From Candidatus Sysuiplasma superficiale (lineage in GTDB: Archaea > Thermoplasmatota > Thermoplasmata > Sysuiplasmatales > Sysuiplasmataceae), in NCBI GenBank assembly GCA_019720975.1, contig JAGVSJ010000005.1:11719-75718 (forward strand): 64,000 nt of DNA. The letters are read 5' to 3'. Positions 17,789 through 25,812 of the stretch are shown piece by piece; the first letter of the stretch is position 1, and every line of letters begins with the position of its first letter. Below the pieces are notes generated by a model that ran no database searches, was not told where the DNA came from, and was given only the letters and a program-made list of their open reading frames with translations. The translations under genes were made by a program, and so were the position numbers.

Positions 17789-19318
17789 TTATTTAGAGGA
17801 TCCAGTGGTCTTCGCTCCCCCGCCCCGGACAGAAGAGCCGAAACGCGGTATCCTGTGCCTTCCAAGAGAGACATGAACCGTTTTCTCCTCCATGTAGAAA
17901 TCGAAGCTGTACCTTCCGCCCTCCCTGCCTATGCCGCTGCATTTCATGCCACCGAACGGTGTTCTCAGGTCGCGCACATTATGCGAGTTTATCCAGCAGA
18001 GACCTGCATCGAGCGCTGATGCCACCCTGTGTGCCCTCCCTATGTCCCTGCTCCACACATATGAGGCAAGACCGTACTGCGTGTCGTTTGCGATGGATAT
18101 TGCCTCTGCTTCATCTGAAAAACGCAGTGCGACGAGAACAGGTCCGAATATCTCCTCCCTCGCAATCTTCATACTGTTATCGACCTCAGTGAAGAGCGTC
18201 GGCTCCAGATAGTTTCCCTCGCGCAATCCTGCAGGTCTCCGTCCCCCCTGAAGGAGAACGGCTCCTTCCTCTTTGCCTGATTCAATGTAACCCATCACCC
18301 TCTTCAAATGTTCAGGATGGATCAGCGGGCCTATCTCCGTCTGTTCGTCGAGAGGGTCACCTATGGTTATGTTTCCGATCCTTTCAGCAACCGCATTCAC
18401 AAAGTCATCGTATATTGAATCCTGTAGCAGCAGCCTCGAATTCGCCGTGCACCTCTCACCGTTCAGCGAATAGACACCGAATATGACTGCATCGACAGCC
18501 CTTTCAATGTCAGCATCCTCAAAGACAACAGCAGGCGATTTGCCGCCTAGTTCCATTGAAAAACGTTTGAGTGTGGATGCACCGTTTCTCATTATTTCCA
18601 TTCCCGTGACCGTTTCCCCAGTGAATGATATGAGCCTCACTCCCGGATGCGACACAAGAGAGGCACCCGCTGTTTCACCAAACCCATGGACGAGGTTGAA
18701 CACTCCCTTTGGAAGGGATGTTCCGTCGATGAGCTCAGCAAGCCTTGAGGCAGTCAATGGCGACCATTCAGCAGGCTTCAGCACGCAGGTATCGCCTGCA
18801 GCGAGGCAGGGTGCTATCTTCCAGGTTTCGAGCATAAGCGGCGTATTCCATGGAGTGATCAGGCCGGCAACACCTGCAGGCCTCTTTTCCGTGTAGTTTA
18901 CAAATTCGCCTCTGAATGGAAAGGATTGGCCTGATATCTCCGTTGCCATGTCTGCAAAGAAGCGGAAGTTTTCCGCCGCTCTCGCGACCTGGCCCCTTGT
19001 CTGCCTGACAGGTATGCCTGTGTCAATTGCTTCCAGGACTGAGAGCTCCTCTGCATTCTCATCAATTGCGTCAGCAATCTCATTCAGAACGTTTCCTCTG
19101 TCCTCAGCATCCACGTCCCTCCACCCATGCCCTTCGAAGGCCTTTGAAGCCGAAGCAACTGCATCGTCTATATCGTCTGAGTCGCCCGAAGGAATCCTTG
19201 CAATAACAGAATTATCGGAAGGAGATATGTCCTCAAAGTATTCTCCGTTCCTGGACACAACAAAACGGCCGCCGATGTAGTGCTTCGCCGGCCGGTTAGT
19301 TAACCTTTCAGCTGACAT
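17789..19318 (-). CDS. hpaE: NAD-dependent aldehyde dehydrogenase, probably 5-carboxymethyl-2-hydroxymuconate semialdehyde dehydrogenase
   Basis: Start set at ATG 19318 (GGAGGAAAAGA upstream). ALDH motifs ELGGKSP and GERCTANSRLL. It ends 20 nt upstream of hpaB. The substrate assignment comes from context only. Confidence 0.8.
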   Translation of the reverse strand: MSAERLTNRPAKHYIGGRFVVSRNGEYFEDISPSDNSVIARIPSGDSDDIDDAVASASKAFEGHGWRDVDAEDRGNVLNEIADAIDENAEELSVLEAIDTGIPVRQTRGQVARAAENFRFFADMATEISGQSFPFRGEFVNYTEKRPAGVAGLITPWNTPLMLETWKIAPCLAAGDTCVLKPAEWSPLTASRLAELIDGTSLPKGVFNLVHGFGETAGASLVSHPGVRLISFTGETVTGMEIMRNGASTLKRFSMELGGKSPAVVFEDADIERAVDAVIFGVYSLNGERCTANSRLLLQDSIYDDFVNAVAERIGNITIGDPLDEQTEIGPLIHPEHLKRVMGYIESGKEEGAVLLQGGRRPAGLREGNYLEPTLFTEVDNSMKIAREEIFGPVLVALRFSDEAEAISIANDTQYGLASYVWSRDIGRAHRVASALDAGLCWINSHNVRDLRTPFGGMKCSGIGREGGRYSFDFYMEEKTVHVSLGRHRIPRFGSSVRGGGAKTTGSSK

Positions 19319-19695
19319 TCTTTTCCTCCGCGGATGCGTTGGAAGATACGTGGTGTTCCACTCTAAAATTGTTCGTATGCCACGGGATGCCATTTGAGAT
19401 GCAATCCTGCTGTTCAACTCACCTCCGCAATCCAGTACTCCGGGGAGGCTGAAATATTGCAGGGAAAGCCTCCTGCATCTGACGGGCACGCTGATGCGGG
19501 CAGCAAACTAAACAGCTGTTTTCCCAACTGTGGCCACATCCTGCAGTATTTCGTTTCACCGTTCGCGGAGGGTGCTTCTCACTTCCATCGAAAGGTGCCC
19601 GGCCATTCTCCTCTAACAGGTAAAACTCCTGCACCCTGGCGTTCGCTTTGCTGCGGGCTGCAATCACCTTCTGAACCTGTCGCCGCCTCTTCCCT

Positions 19696-20388
19696 TCATT
19701 TTGGCCTTTCCGGGTAGACAAGCACAATGCCAGTGCCAACGGAGGCGGCAACGAGAGCGAATGGTCCGATGACGGCGTACCAGGGAACAAAATCCAGCCC
19801 CTGCGTATCCACAGTTATCACCTCGCCGGTTGACTGGACAAATGGCTTCGAAGCGGCAATTGTCCGGAATGAAAATGACTGGGCATAGCCGCCCGGCGCT
19901 GATGGAGAAAGCAGGGAGAATGAAAGCGTGGAATTACTTCCTGGCGTGGCGTTCGCAGGCACGTACACGTCTATGACGTCTGAAAAGCTGCTGCCGGAAT
20001 AAAGAGTGAAAGCGGTGTGCTCAATGGAGTAAGTCCATCCACCTGGTCCTGTGAAATTTATATCAGCGATTGAAAGGGGTATGGCCCTGTAACCGTCCCT
20101 TGCGCTGAAATTGATGTAGTAGGTTGCGGGAGTACCGCTGGTCTGAACAAGGCTTGTTGCACTGGTTGACTGTGTTATTGATGTCGGTGTGAGGAACAGG
20201 TAGCCTACGAAGACCAGACAAACAAGGACCACAACAGCTACTATGTCCAGTATCTCGATTCTCACGTTCACGGGTGGAAATAGCCAGCTATTAATTAATG
20301 TCTTCTGTCTGTTTGGGGGATTGCCGCAAAAAAAGGGTGAAAGCAGTTTGGTAAAAGGTTTGGGGAGTCGTATAGCATGAATGCTCAT
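19696..20388 (-). CDS. Hypothetical bitopic envelope protein (N-terminal TM, beta-rich ectodomain, C-terminal TM)
   Basis: 230 aa. The ATG overlaps the stop of the upstream giant gene (ATGA 20385-20388). TM segments are ILDIVAVVVLVCLVFVGYLF and AVIGPFALVAASVGTGIVLV. The ectodomain carries N-x-S/T sequons. Confidence 0.6.
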   Translation of the reverse strand: MSIHAIRLPKPFTKLLSPFFCGNPPNRQKTLINSWLFPPVNVRIEILDIVAVVVLVCLVFVGYLFLTPTSITQSTSATSLVQTSGTPATYYINFSARDGYRAIPLSIADINFTGPGGWTYSIEHTAFTLYSGSSFSDVIDVYVPANATPGSNSTLSFSLLSPSAPGGYAQSFSFRTIAASKPFVQSTGEVITVDTQGLDFVPWYAVIGPFALVAASVGTGIVLVYPERPK

Positions 20389-23147
20389 GTCGGTGGACCG
20401 GTGGGATTCAGAAACAGGAACGCAATCGACTCAGCAAGGTGGCTTCCTGCACTTCCGCTGACTGAAAGCGGAAGACCTGCAAAATGGCCGGTAGCCTGTC
20501 CGGTGATGCTGAACGAACCCTGGACATAGAGCGATGAACCTGCGTATGCGAGGGGCTGGACAAACATCAGCTTTATCTTCACTGATGGGGCTGCTGTATT
20601 GAATGCATAAGCAGACTCTGCTTCAGTTCCCTGCTGTTCGACTGGATTGCTGTTTTCACTGCTGCCTTCGTTACCATGTTCCGTGGTTGAAGAGCCAATA
20701 CTCAAAGTGCCGTTATCAAGACAGATGATTGTCGTATAGGACGGTGACTGCGCGCTGAGCTCTATGTGTATTCCGCCTTTGACAGAAACGGTCATATGGG
20801 AGTTGTTGAGGCATATGAGGGTGTAGAACTGCAGCACCGTCACATTCTGCGGTGGAGGTGGAGGTGGGGGCGGCGGAGGTGCTCCTTCGATGCCAACCGA
20901 AAAACCGCCCTTTATGCTGACGTCCATGGTGGAGTTGCGTAGGAATATGTATGTCTCGATCTGCAGTTCGAACGGGCCTGGCGGGGGCGGCGGAGGTGTC
21001 TGAACTCCGAGATTCAGTCCTCCGCTTACGGAAAGGGTCATGCTGGAATGGTCCATGACTACAAGTGTCAGCACAGGTATTGTTGAATTCGATGGCGGCG
21101 CGTAATTCACTGAGAGGTGAAGTCCTCCGCTGATGCGCAATGAGGCTTCAGAACTGTTCATGAGGATGGATGTGTAGATGAGCGTTGCAGTCGAATTTGT
21201 GCCTGTGGAACTCATTCCGGCCGGAGTCGGTGCACTCTGCTCCTGCTCGCCGCCGTTGATGTTGACGGATATCTCCGAATTGTTGCTGTATATCTGCGTC
21301 GATGTGATGATCCGGACCTGCTGCGATGGGGGTGAAGGCTGCATTGTGCCAACTGTGATTCCGCCGTTTATGTTCAGCTGGAGTTCCGAATTGTTTGCGA
21401 TAACAACTGTGTCGAATATGAATTCGCTCTGTGCCGGCGGTTGAATATTCAGCTCTATGTGTATTCCGCCGTTGATGCTGAGTGCCATTTCAGAGTTGTT
21501 GAGGCATATCAGCGTGTAGAACATGAATACCTCCATGTTTCCCGGCGGTGGCGGTGTCATTGGCATGGCACGGACATGCACATGTATTCCGCCGTTGATG
21601 CGTACTGAAAGGCTCGAGTTGGAAAGACAGACGGATGTATATACCAGGTAGTTCGGCCTGGGGAGCGATGTGTTGGTTGCTGTCACTATGAAGGTGAGCG
21701 TTGAACTGTTCTGGATTCCGGCGGAAGATGAGGCGGTGATGGTAACGACGAACGTTCTGTTGAAAGAGAACAGGCTTGAGATGACGGACGGGCTGAGCGG
21801 CGGCGGAATCACTATCGGCGCTGTATAGTTTGCATCAGTGCTGCTGGAATTGATCTGCTGCAGTGCAACCCATGGCACACTCGATGTCCAGGTCAGGTTG
21901 CCTGTGATGTTGATTGCGGCAAATTCAATGAGGTATGTGCCAGTTGCGCCCGAAGGTACCGTGACTGTTGCCGGGAGGTTCCGGAATATTATCCTGCCTG
22001 TAGGCGGTGCGGTCACCGGCTTCTCGAATAAGACATTGAATGTTATCGTTGAGGAGTTGCTCACGTTGTTGCTCGAAACCACCGATATCTTGACTGTGAA
22101 GGAAATATTCGCACTGACAACGGGGGCAGTGTAGTTTGCGTAGGCTGCTGTACCGTTGTGTGTGGATACATTTACCCAGCTTGCATTGGCTGTCCAGGTC
22201 AGCGGCTGTGATGCGTTGACTGCTGTGTAGTTGATGATGAATGTTCCCTTGGCACCCGACTGAACAGTTATAGTTGCTGGAAGGTTGTCCAGTTCTATGC
22301 GTGAGACTGGATGAACTGTGACAGGTGAAATGACATCGATGACGGTTAGTGTCGAGCTGTTTGTTGCGCCGTTTGCTGACAGGACTGATATGTTTGCAAC
22401 GTAAGTTGTGTTTACAGTCACAACCGGCGCAGTGAAACTTGCAAGTGCGGTCGTGCTGTTAACTGTTGAAACGGACATCCAGCTCTGATTGGTTGACCAT
22501 GTAAGTGGCTGTCTCACATCGACTGCAGTATAATTTATGACATAGCTGCCGGAGCTGCCTGACTGGACTGTCACTGTTGCCGGCAGGTTGGTCAGGGAGA
22601 TGGAGGGCTTCTGGGTCACAGGAGGCCTTGTCACAGGATGATAACTGGTCACGTTGACAGTGACGAACGAAGGAGAAACACTTCCAAGTGTTGCCTGTTC
22701 GTAGAAATAGAGCTTGCCGCTTGCATTTTCGTTTCCTGAAACTACAACACTTATGTTTCTGTCAGTGAAGCCGACTGGCATTTCTCCGAGAGTGGACTGA
22801 ACTGCCTTCCCCCCGTTGATGACGTTCCAGTTACTTCCCCTCACGCTGAAATAGGCTGTTGCGTTGGTGACTGGCGACTGGGTGTCGAAACTGATTGTTA
22901 TGCCCTCAACATATCTCAGATTTACAGTGAATGTGAGGGTATAACTCTGGTTTGTGCTTACGGACATGTTCACAACAGACGGATAACCGGAGACAGTTGC
23001 GCTTCCCGGAAGCGAGGTGGATGGCAATGTGTGCCTGCTCTGCAGCATGGTAAGGTAGATGGCAAGCCCGCTGATTATCAGTACAGCAACGACGGCCGTA
23101 ACAACTATGCGTCTCCCGGTTCTGGTCTTGAGCAATTTTCCGAGCAT
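20385..23147 (-). CDS. Large N-terminally anchored surface protein with Ig/BACON-like domains and a novel tandem repeat array
   Basis: 920 aa. Signal anchor RRIVVTAVVAVLIISGLAIYL. About 40 N-x-S/T sequons by hand count. Three ~95-aa repeats are followed by 8-9 repeats of 34-43 aa separated by proline runs. Confidence 0.85.
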   Translation of the reverse strand: MLGKLLKTRTGRRIVVTAVVAVLIISGLAIYLTMLQSRHTLPSTSLPGSATVSGYPSVVNMSVSTNQSYTLTFTVNLRYVEGITISFDTQSPVTNATAYFSVRGSNWNVINGGKAVQSTLGEMPVGFTDRNISVVVSGNENASGKLYFYEQATLGSVSPSFVTVNVTSYHPVTRPPVTQKPSISLTNLPATVTVQSGSSGSYVINYTAVDVRQPLTWSTNQSWMSVSTVNSTTALASFTAPVVTVNTTYVANISVLSANGATNSSTLTVIDVISPVTVHPVSRIELDNLPATITVQSGAKGTFIINYTAVNASQPLTWTANASWVNVSTHNGTAAYANYTAPVVSANISFTVKISVVSSNNVSNSSTITFNVLFEKPVTAPPTGRIIFRNLPATVTVPSGATGTYLIEFAAINITGNLTWTSSVPWVALQQINSSSTDANYTAPIVIPPPLSPSVISSLFSFNRTFVVTITASSSAGIQNSSTLTFIVTATNTSLPRPNYLVYTSVCLSNSSLSVRINGGIHVHVRAMPMTPPPPGNMEVFMFYTLICLNNSEMALSINGGIHIELNIQPPAQSEFIFDTVVIANNSELQLNINGGITVGTMQPSPPSQQVRIITSTQIYSNNSEISVNINGGEQEQSAPTPAGMSSTGTNSTATLIYTSILMNSSEASLRISGGLHLSVNYAPPSNSTIPVLTLVVMDHSSMTLSVSGGLNLGVQTPPPPPPGPFELQIETYIFLRNSTMDVSIKGGFSVGIEGAPPPPPPPPPPQNVTVLQFYTLICLNNSHMTVSVKGGIHIELSAQSPSYTTIICLDNGTLSIGSSTTEHGNEGSSENSNPVEQQGTEAESAYAFNTAAPSVKIKLMFVQPLAYAGSSLYVQGSFSITGQATGHFAGLPLSVSGSAGSHLAESIAFLFLNPTGPPT
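20688..21653 (-). repeat. Coding tandem array: 8-9 copies of a 34-43-aa unit, consensus roughly [FL]xFYTLICLNNSxMxLSxNGGIHIELxxxPP(P)n
   Basis: Units start at residues 499, 541, 576, 612, 655, 693, 731, 772 and 806 (partial) of the 920-aa protein. Each ends in a P-rich linker (TPPPPG, QPPAQ, PSPPSQ, APPS, TPPPPPPGP, APPPPPPPPPPQ). Confidence 0.85.
20850..20879 (-). repeat. Ten consecutive proline codons (GGN-rich simple sequence on the + strand)
   Basis: The + strand reads cggtggaggtggaggtgggggcggcggagg, which is P757-P766 of the surface protein. Confidence 0.95.
21678..22601 (-). repeat. Three tandem ~95-105-aa Ig/BACON-like domain repeats
   Basis: Recurring blocks: NLPATVTVQSGSSGSYVINYTAV..PLTWSTNQSWMSVS..FTAPVV..; NLPATITVQSGAKGTFIINYTAV..PLTWTANASWVNVS..YTAPVV..; NLPATVTVPSGATGTYLIEFAAI..LTWTSSVPWVAL..YTAPIV. 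Confidence 0.8.
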
Positions 23148-23159
23148 GGCGTGTTACCC

Positions 23160-23888
23160 TCAGCCCGAACCTGCGGTTCCGCCGGCCGTACCGCTGTGCT
23201 CACTGGCCTTCTGCCTCGCCTCAATGTCTACCTTCAGCTGTTGGATCTCTGAATTAACCTTTTCCATTCTTGCCTTGAGCTTCATCCTGTAGCTGTCATT
23301 ACGGTAGATTATGGAGTCGTAGTCACTCTGAGTTATCTCATTCTTTGCTATACGGGTTTTACTCCCCTGTTCTATCATATCACATATTCTCAATTCCTCC
23401 TCCAGTTTCTCCTTCTCCTTCGTGAGTATAAGGAGCTTCTTTGACAGTCTGCTGATCTCGGTTTCGGCGACAACGGGCTCAGCAGTCTTTGCACCCTCAA
23501 TCAGAGAGAGCACACCAGAATCAGCCAGTCCCCCAACTGCACCGCCTGTCAGGGAAAGTATGATAAAAAATACCATTGTGAATATCTCCTGCGAAGAGCC
23601 GGAGCTTGCGACATAGGGCGAAACGGTGGAACGAAAGGGAACCATCGCGAGTGGGTAGTACATGAAAAACCTCTGCCAGTAGAGAAGCGCACCGATAGCT
23701 GTCAGCGAGAAAATGAATACCATTGCGAATGGTGATGACCTGCGGATGCGCGGACTGAAGATGCCTCCGGCCACTGCGGATGCGAGAAACACTGACGGAT
23801 ATGCGGGTGAGGGCAGAAAATAATACATTAGAGAGAGAGCCAGAACTGCACAAGCTACACCAGCAACTACCCTGTATGCAGTTTTCAT
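23160..23888 (-). CDS. Hypothetical membrane protein with C-terminal coiled coil
   Basis: 242 aa with about 4-5 TM helices. These are followed by a heptad-rich segment (ISRLSKKLLILTKEKEKLEEELRICD .. KLKARMEKVNSEIQQLKVDIEARQKA) and a G/T/A-rich tail. It ends 12 nt upstream of the giant surface gene. Confidence 0.6.
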   Translation of the reverse strand: MKTAYRVVAGVACAVLALSLMYYFLPSPAYPSVFLASAVAGGIFSPRIRRSSPFAMVFIFSLTAIGALLYWQRFFMYYPLAMVPFRSTVSPYVASSGSSQEIFTMVFFIILSLTGGAVGGLADSGVLSLIEGAKTAEPVVAETEISRLSKKLLILTKEKEKLEEELRICDMIEQGSKTRIAKNEITQSDYDSIIYRNDSYRMKLKARMEKVNSEIQQLKVDIEARQKASEHSGTAGGTAGSG

Positions 23889-24049
23889 ATCCGGACGGCT
23901 CCGAGCCTGATGATATAGGCGTTCTTCCGCATCCCCTTGGCCGGATGGACAGCAGCCAGCATTCAGGCACGCAGTCCTATCAACATTGATAATTTATAAA
24001 TTGTGGTCAGAAAGTTCATCCAATGGCCGCCGGCCACAAGTCTGGCATT

Positions 24050-24457
24050 TCACAGATTTATCATGTCGTTGAGAACCTGAAGTGATGTCTTCTGGTTCGG
24101 CCATGTCAGCCTGGCCATGGCCTCCTCGTATGGCAACCACGAATAGGCGCTGTGTTCGTTCGAAAGCCGGACATCCTTTGTATTGACCTGTACGCCGAAT
24201 GAATGTTCCTCAACATTCTGTTCGCCCTTCGAATACCTGAAAGGGACCCTGAGATCTATGATGTATGTAAGCTCGGATATGCCCGTCTCCTCCTCTATCT
24301 CTCTCTGGAGCGCGTCAAGCAATCTCTCTCCCTTCTCAACATGGCCTGTTACTGGTCCCCAGACGCCGCCCCTCGAGTCCGGACGCCGCAGCAAAAGGTA
24401 TTCTATTCTGCCTCCCGGACTGTAAAGTATGCCCTGTATCTTCATTACCTCTTCCAT
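24050..24457 (-). CDS. NUDIX hydrolase (NudB-like)
   Basis: 135 aa. Nudix box GHVEKGERLLDALQREIEEETGI. WGPVTG and the C-terminal EHSAYSWL resemble dihydroneopterin-triphosphate pyrophosphatase-type Nudix proteins. Confidence 0.8.
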   Translation of the reverse strand: MEEVMKIQGILYSPGGRIEYLLLRRPDSRGGVWGPVTGHVEKGERLLDALQREIEEETGISELTYIIDLRVPFRYSKGEQNVEEHSFGVQVNTKDVRLSNEHSAYSWLPYEEAMARLTWPNQKTSLQVLNDMINL

Positions 24458-24500
24458 TGGATTGCCTCATATGGACATCCTACTTAAGTTCAGTGCACAT

Positions 24501-25691
24501 TCATTCCAGACCGTACCTTGCAATATTCCTTCCTATCACCATTCTCTGTATTTCATTTGTCCCCTCATAAATTTCGGATATGCGCGCATCCCTGTACATC
24601 CGCTCTATCTCCGTCCTCCTGGTGAACCCGGTCCCGCCATGTATCTGAAGGCTCTCATCGACACAGAAGGAGGCGGTTTCAGATGCAAGCACCTTCAGCA
24701 TTGCCGCGTGCCTTGTCAGTGAACGCCTGTCATTCTCCGTCCAGGTAGCAGGCTGGTTGCCCATCCTGTCCGCCCTGGATGCAACATTATACAGGAAATA
24801 ACGAAGCGCCTCGGTCTTCATCCCCATGTCTGCAAGTTTGAACTGTATTGCCTGATGCTCTGCTATCGGTCTGCCGAACTGAACCCTGTTTCTTGCGTGC
24901 TGGAGCGCGAGCTCGATTGCCCTCCGGGAAGCGCCGAGAGAGCCCGCAGCGAGGGAGAGCCTGCCCACATCCAGAGTAGTCATTGCAATCGAGAAACCCT
25001 TGCCTTGCTCCCCCAGCAGGTTTTCGCGGGGAACGCGGACGCCGTCATAGTATATCTGAAGGGTGCTGCTTCCCCGGATGCCCATCTTATCCTCCTCACT
25101 GCCGAAACGCAGACCGTCATATCCGCGTTCCACTATGAAGGCGGAGATGCCACGTGCGCCCTGTTTCCTGTCAGTAACCGCAAAAACGATGAACACATCA
25201 GCCTCCTTTCCATTGGTGGCCCACAGCTTTGTTCCGTTGAGTATGAAATCGCTGCCGTCCCTGACAGCAGTGGTTCTTATCGACGCAGCGTCCGAACCGG
25301 CCTCCGGTTCTGACAGGTTGAATGAGTGTATTGTCCTGCCCCTGGCGGCCGGTACCAGATACCTCTCCTTTTGCTCCTCGCTGCCGAAGTAAAGCAGCGG
25401 AATACTTCCCAGGGAACAATGGGCAGCAAGAATGGTCGTGACGGAAGCGTCCACACGCCCCAGTTCCTCCATCAGTAAGCAGTAACCCACCTTGCCCAGT
25501 CCGGCACCGCCGTACCGTTCCGGCACAGGAACCCCCATATACCCCATTTGCCCCATTTTTCTGATTATATCTGCGGGAAATTTTGCCTCACGGTCAATGG
25601 ACTCTGAAAGCGGCCTGAGTTCAGACTCGAAGAACTCTCTCGCACTGCGTCTCAGCAGCTCCTGCTCCTCGCTGAAAGTGAAATCTATCAT
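24501..25691 (-). CDS. Acyl-CoA dehydrogenase
   Basis: 396 aa with ACAD blocks throughout (FNLSEPEAGSDA, GTKLWATNG, QIHGGTGF, YEGTNEIQ). Confidence 0.93.
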   Translation of the reverse strand: MIDFTFSEEQELLRRSAREFFESELRPLSESIDREAKFPADIIRKMGQMGYMGVPVPERYGGAGLGKVGYCLLMEELGRVDASVTTILAAHCSLGSIPLLYFGSEEQKERYLVPAARGRTIHSFNLSEPEAGSDAASIRTTAVRDGSDFILNGTKLWATNGKEADVFIVFAVTDRKQGARGISAFIVERGYDGLRFGSEEDKMGIRGSSTLQIYYDGVRVPRENLLGEQGKGFSIAMTTLDVGRLSLAAGSLGASRRAIELALQHARNRVQFGRPIAEHQAIQFKLADMGMKTEALRYFLYNVASRADRMGNQPATWTENDRRSLTRHAAMLKVLASETASFCVDESLQIHGGTGFTRRTEIERMYRDARISEIYEGTNEIQRMVIGRNIARYGLE

Positions 25692-25812
25692 GTGTCATCC
25701 CTCTCTGCCTTCAGGATGGCTGATGCAGGCATCGGGCATCTGTTTCATCGTGGAGGGCGGGGCTGCAGGCACCGGCCCGCACGGCTGCGATGATGAAATC
25801 GGACTCACCGAC

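Noticed and set aside
19319-19695. RNase P RNA or SRP (7S) RNA in the long GC-rich gap.
   Set aside because: The near-universal RNase P blocks (AGGAAAGUCC and ACAGAA..GGCUUA) are absent; the closest match is GAGGAGAAUGGCCGGGC. No SRP helix-8 GGAA/AGCA arrangement is present on either strand. The region is kept only as an unexplained structured spacer.
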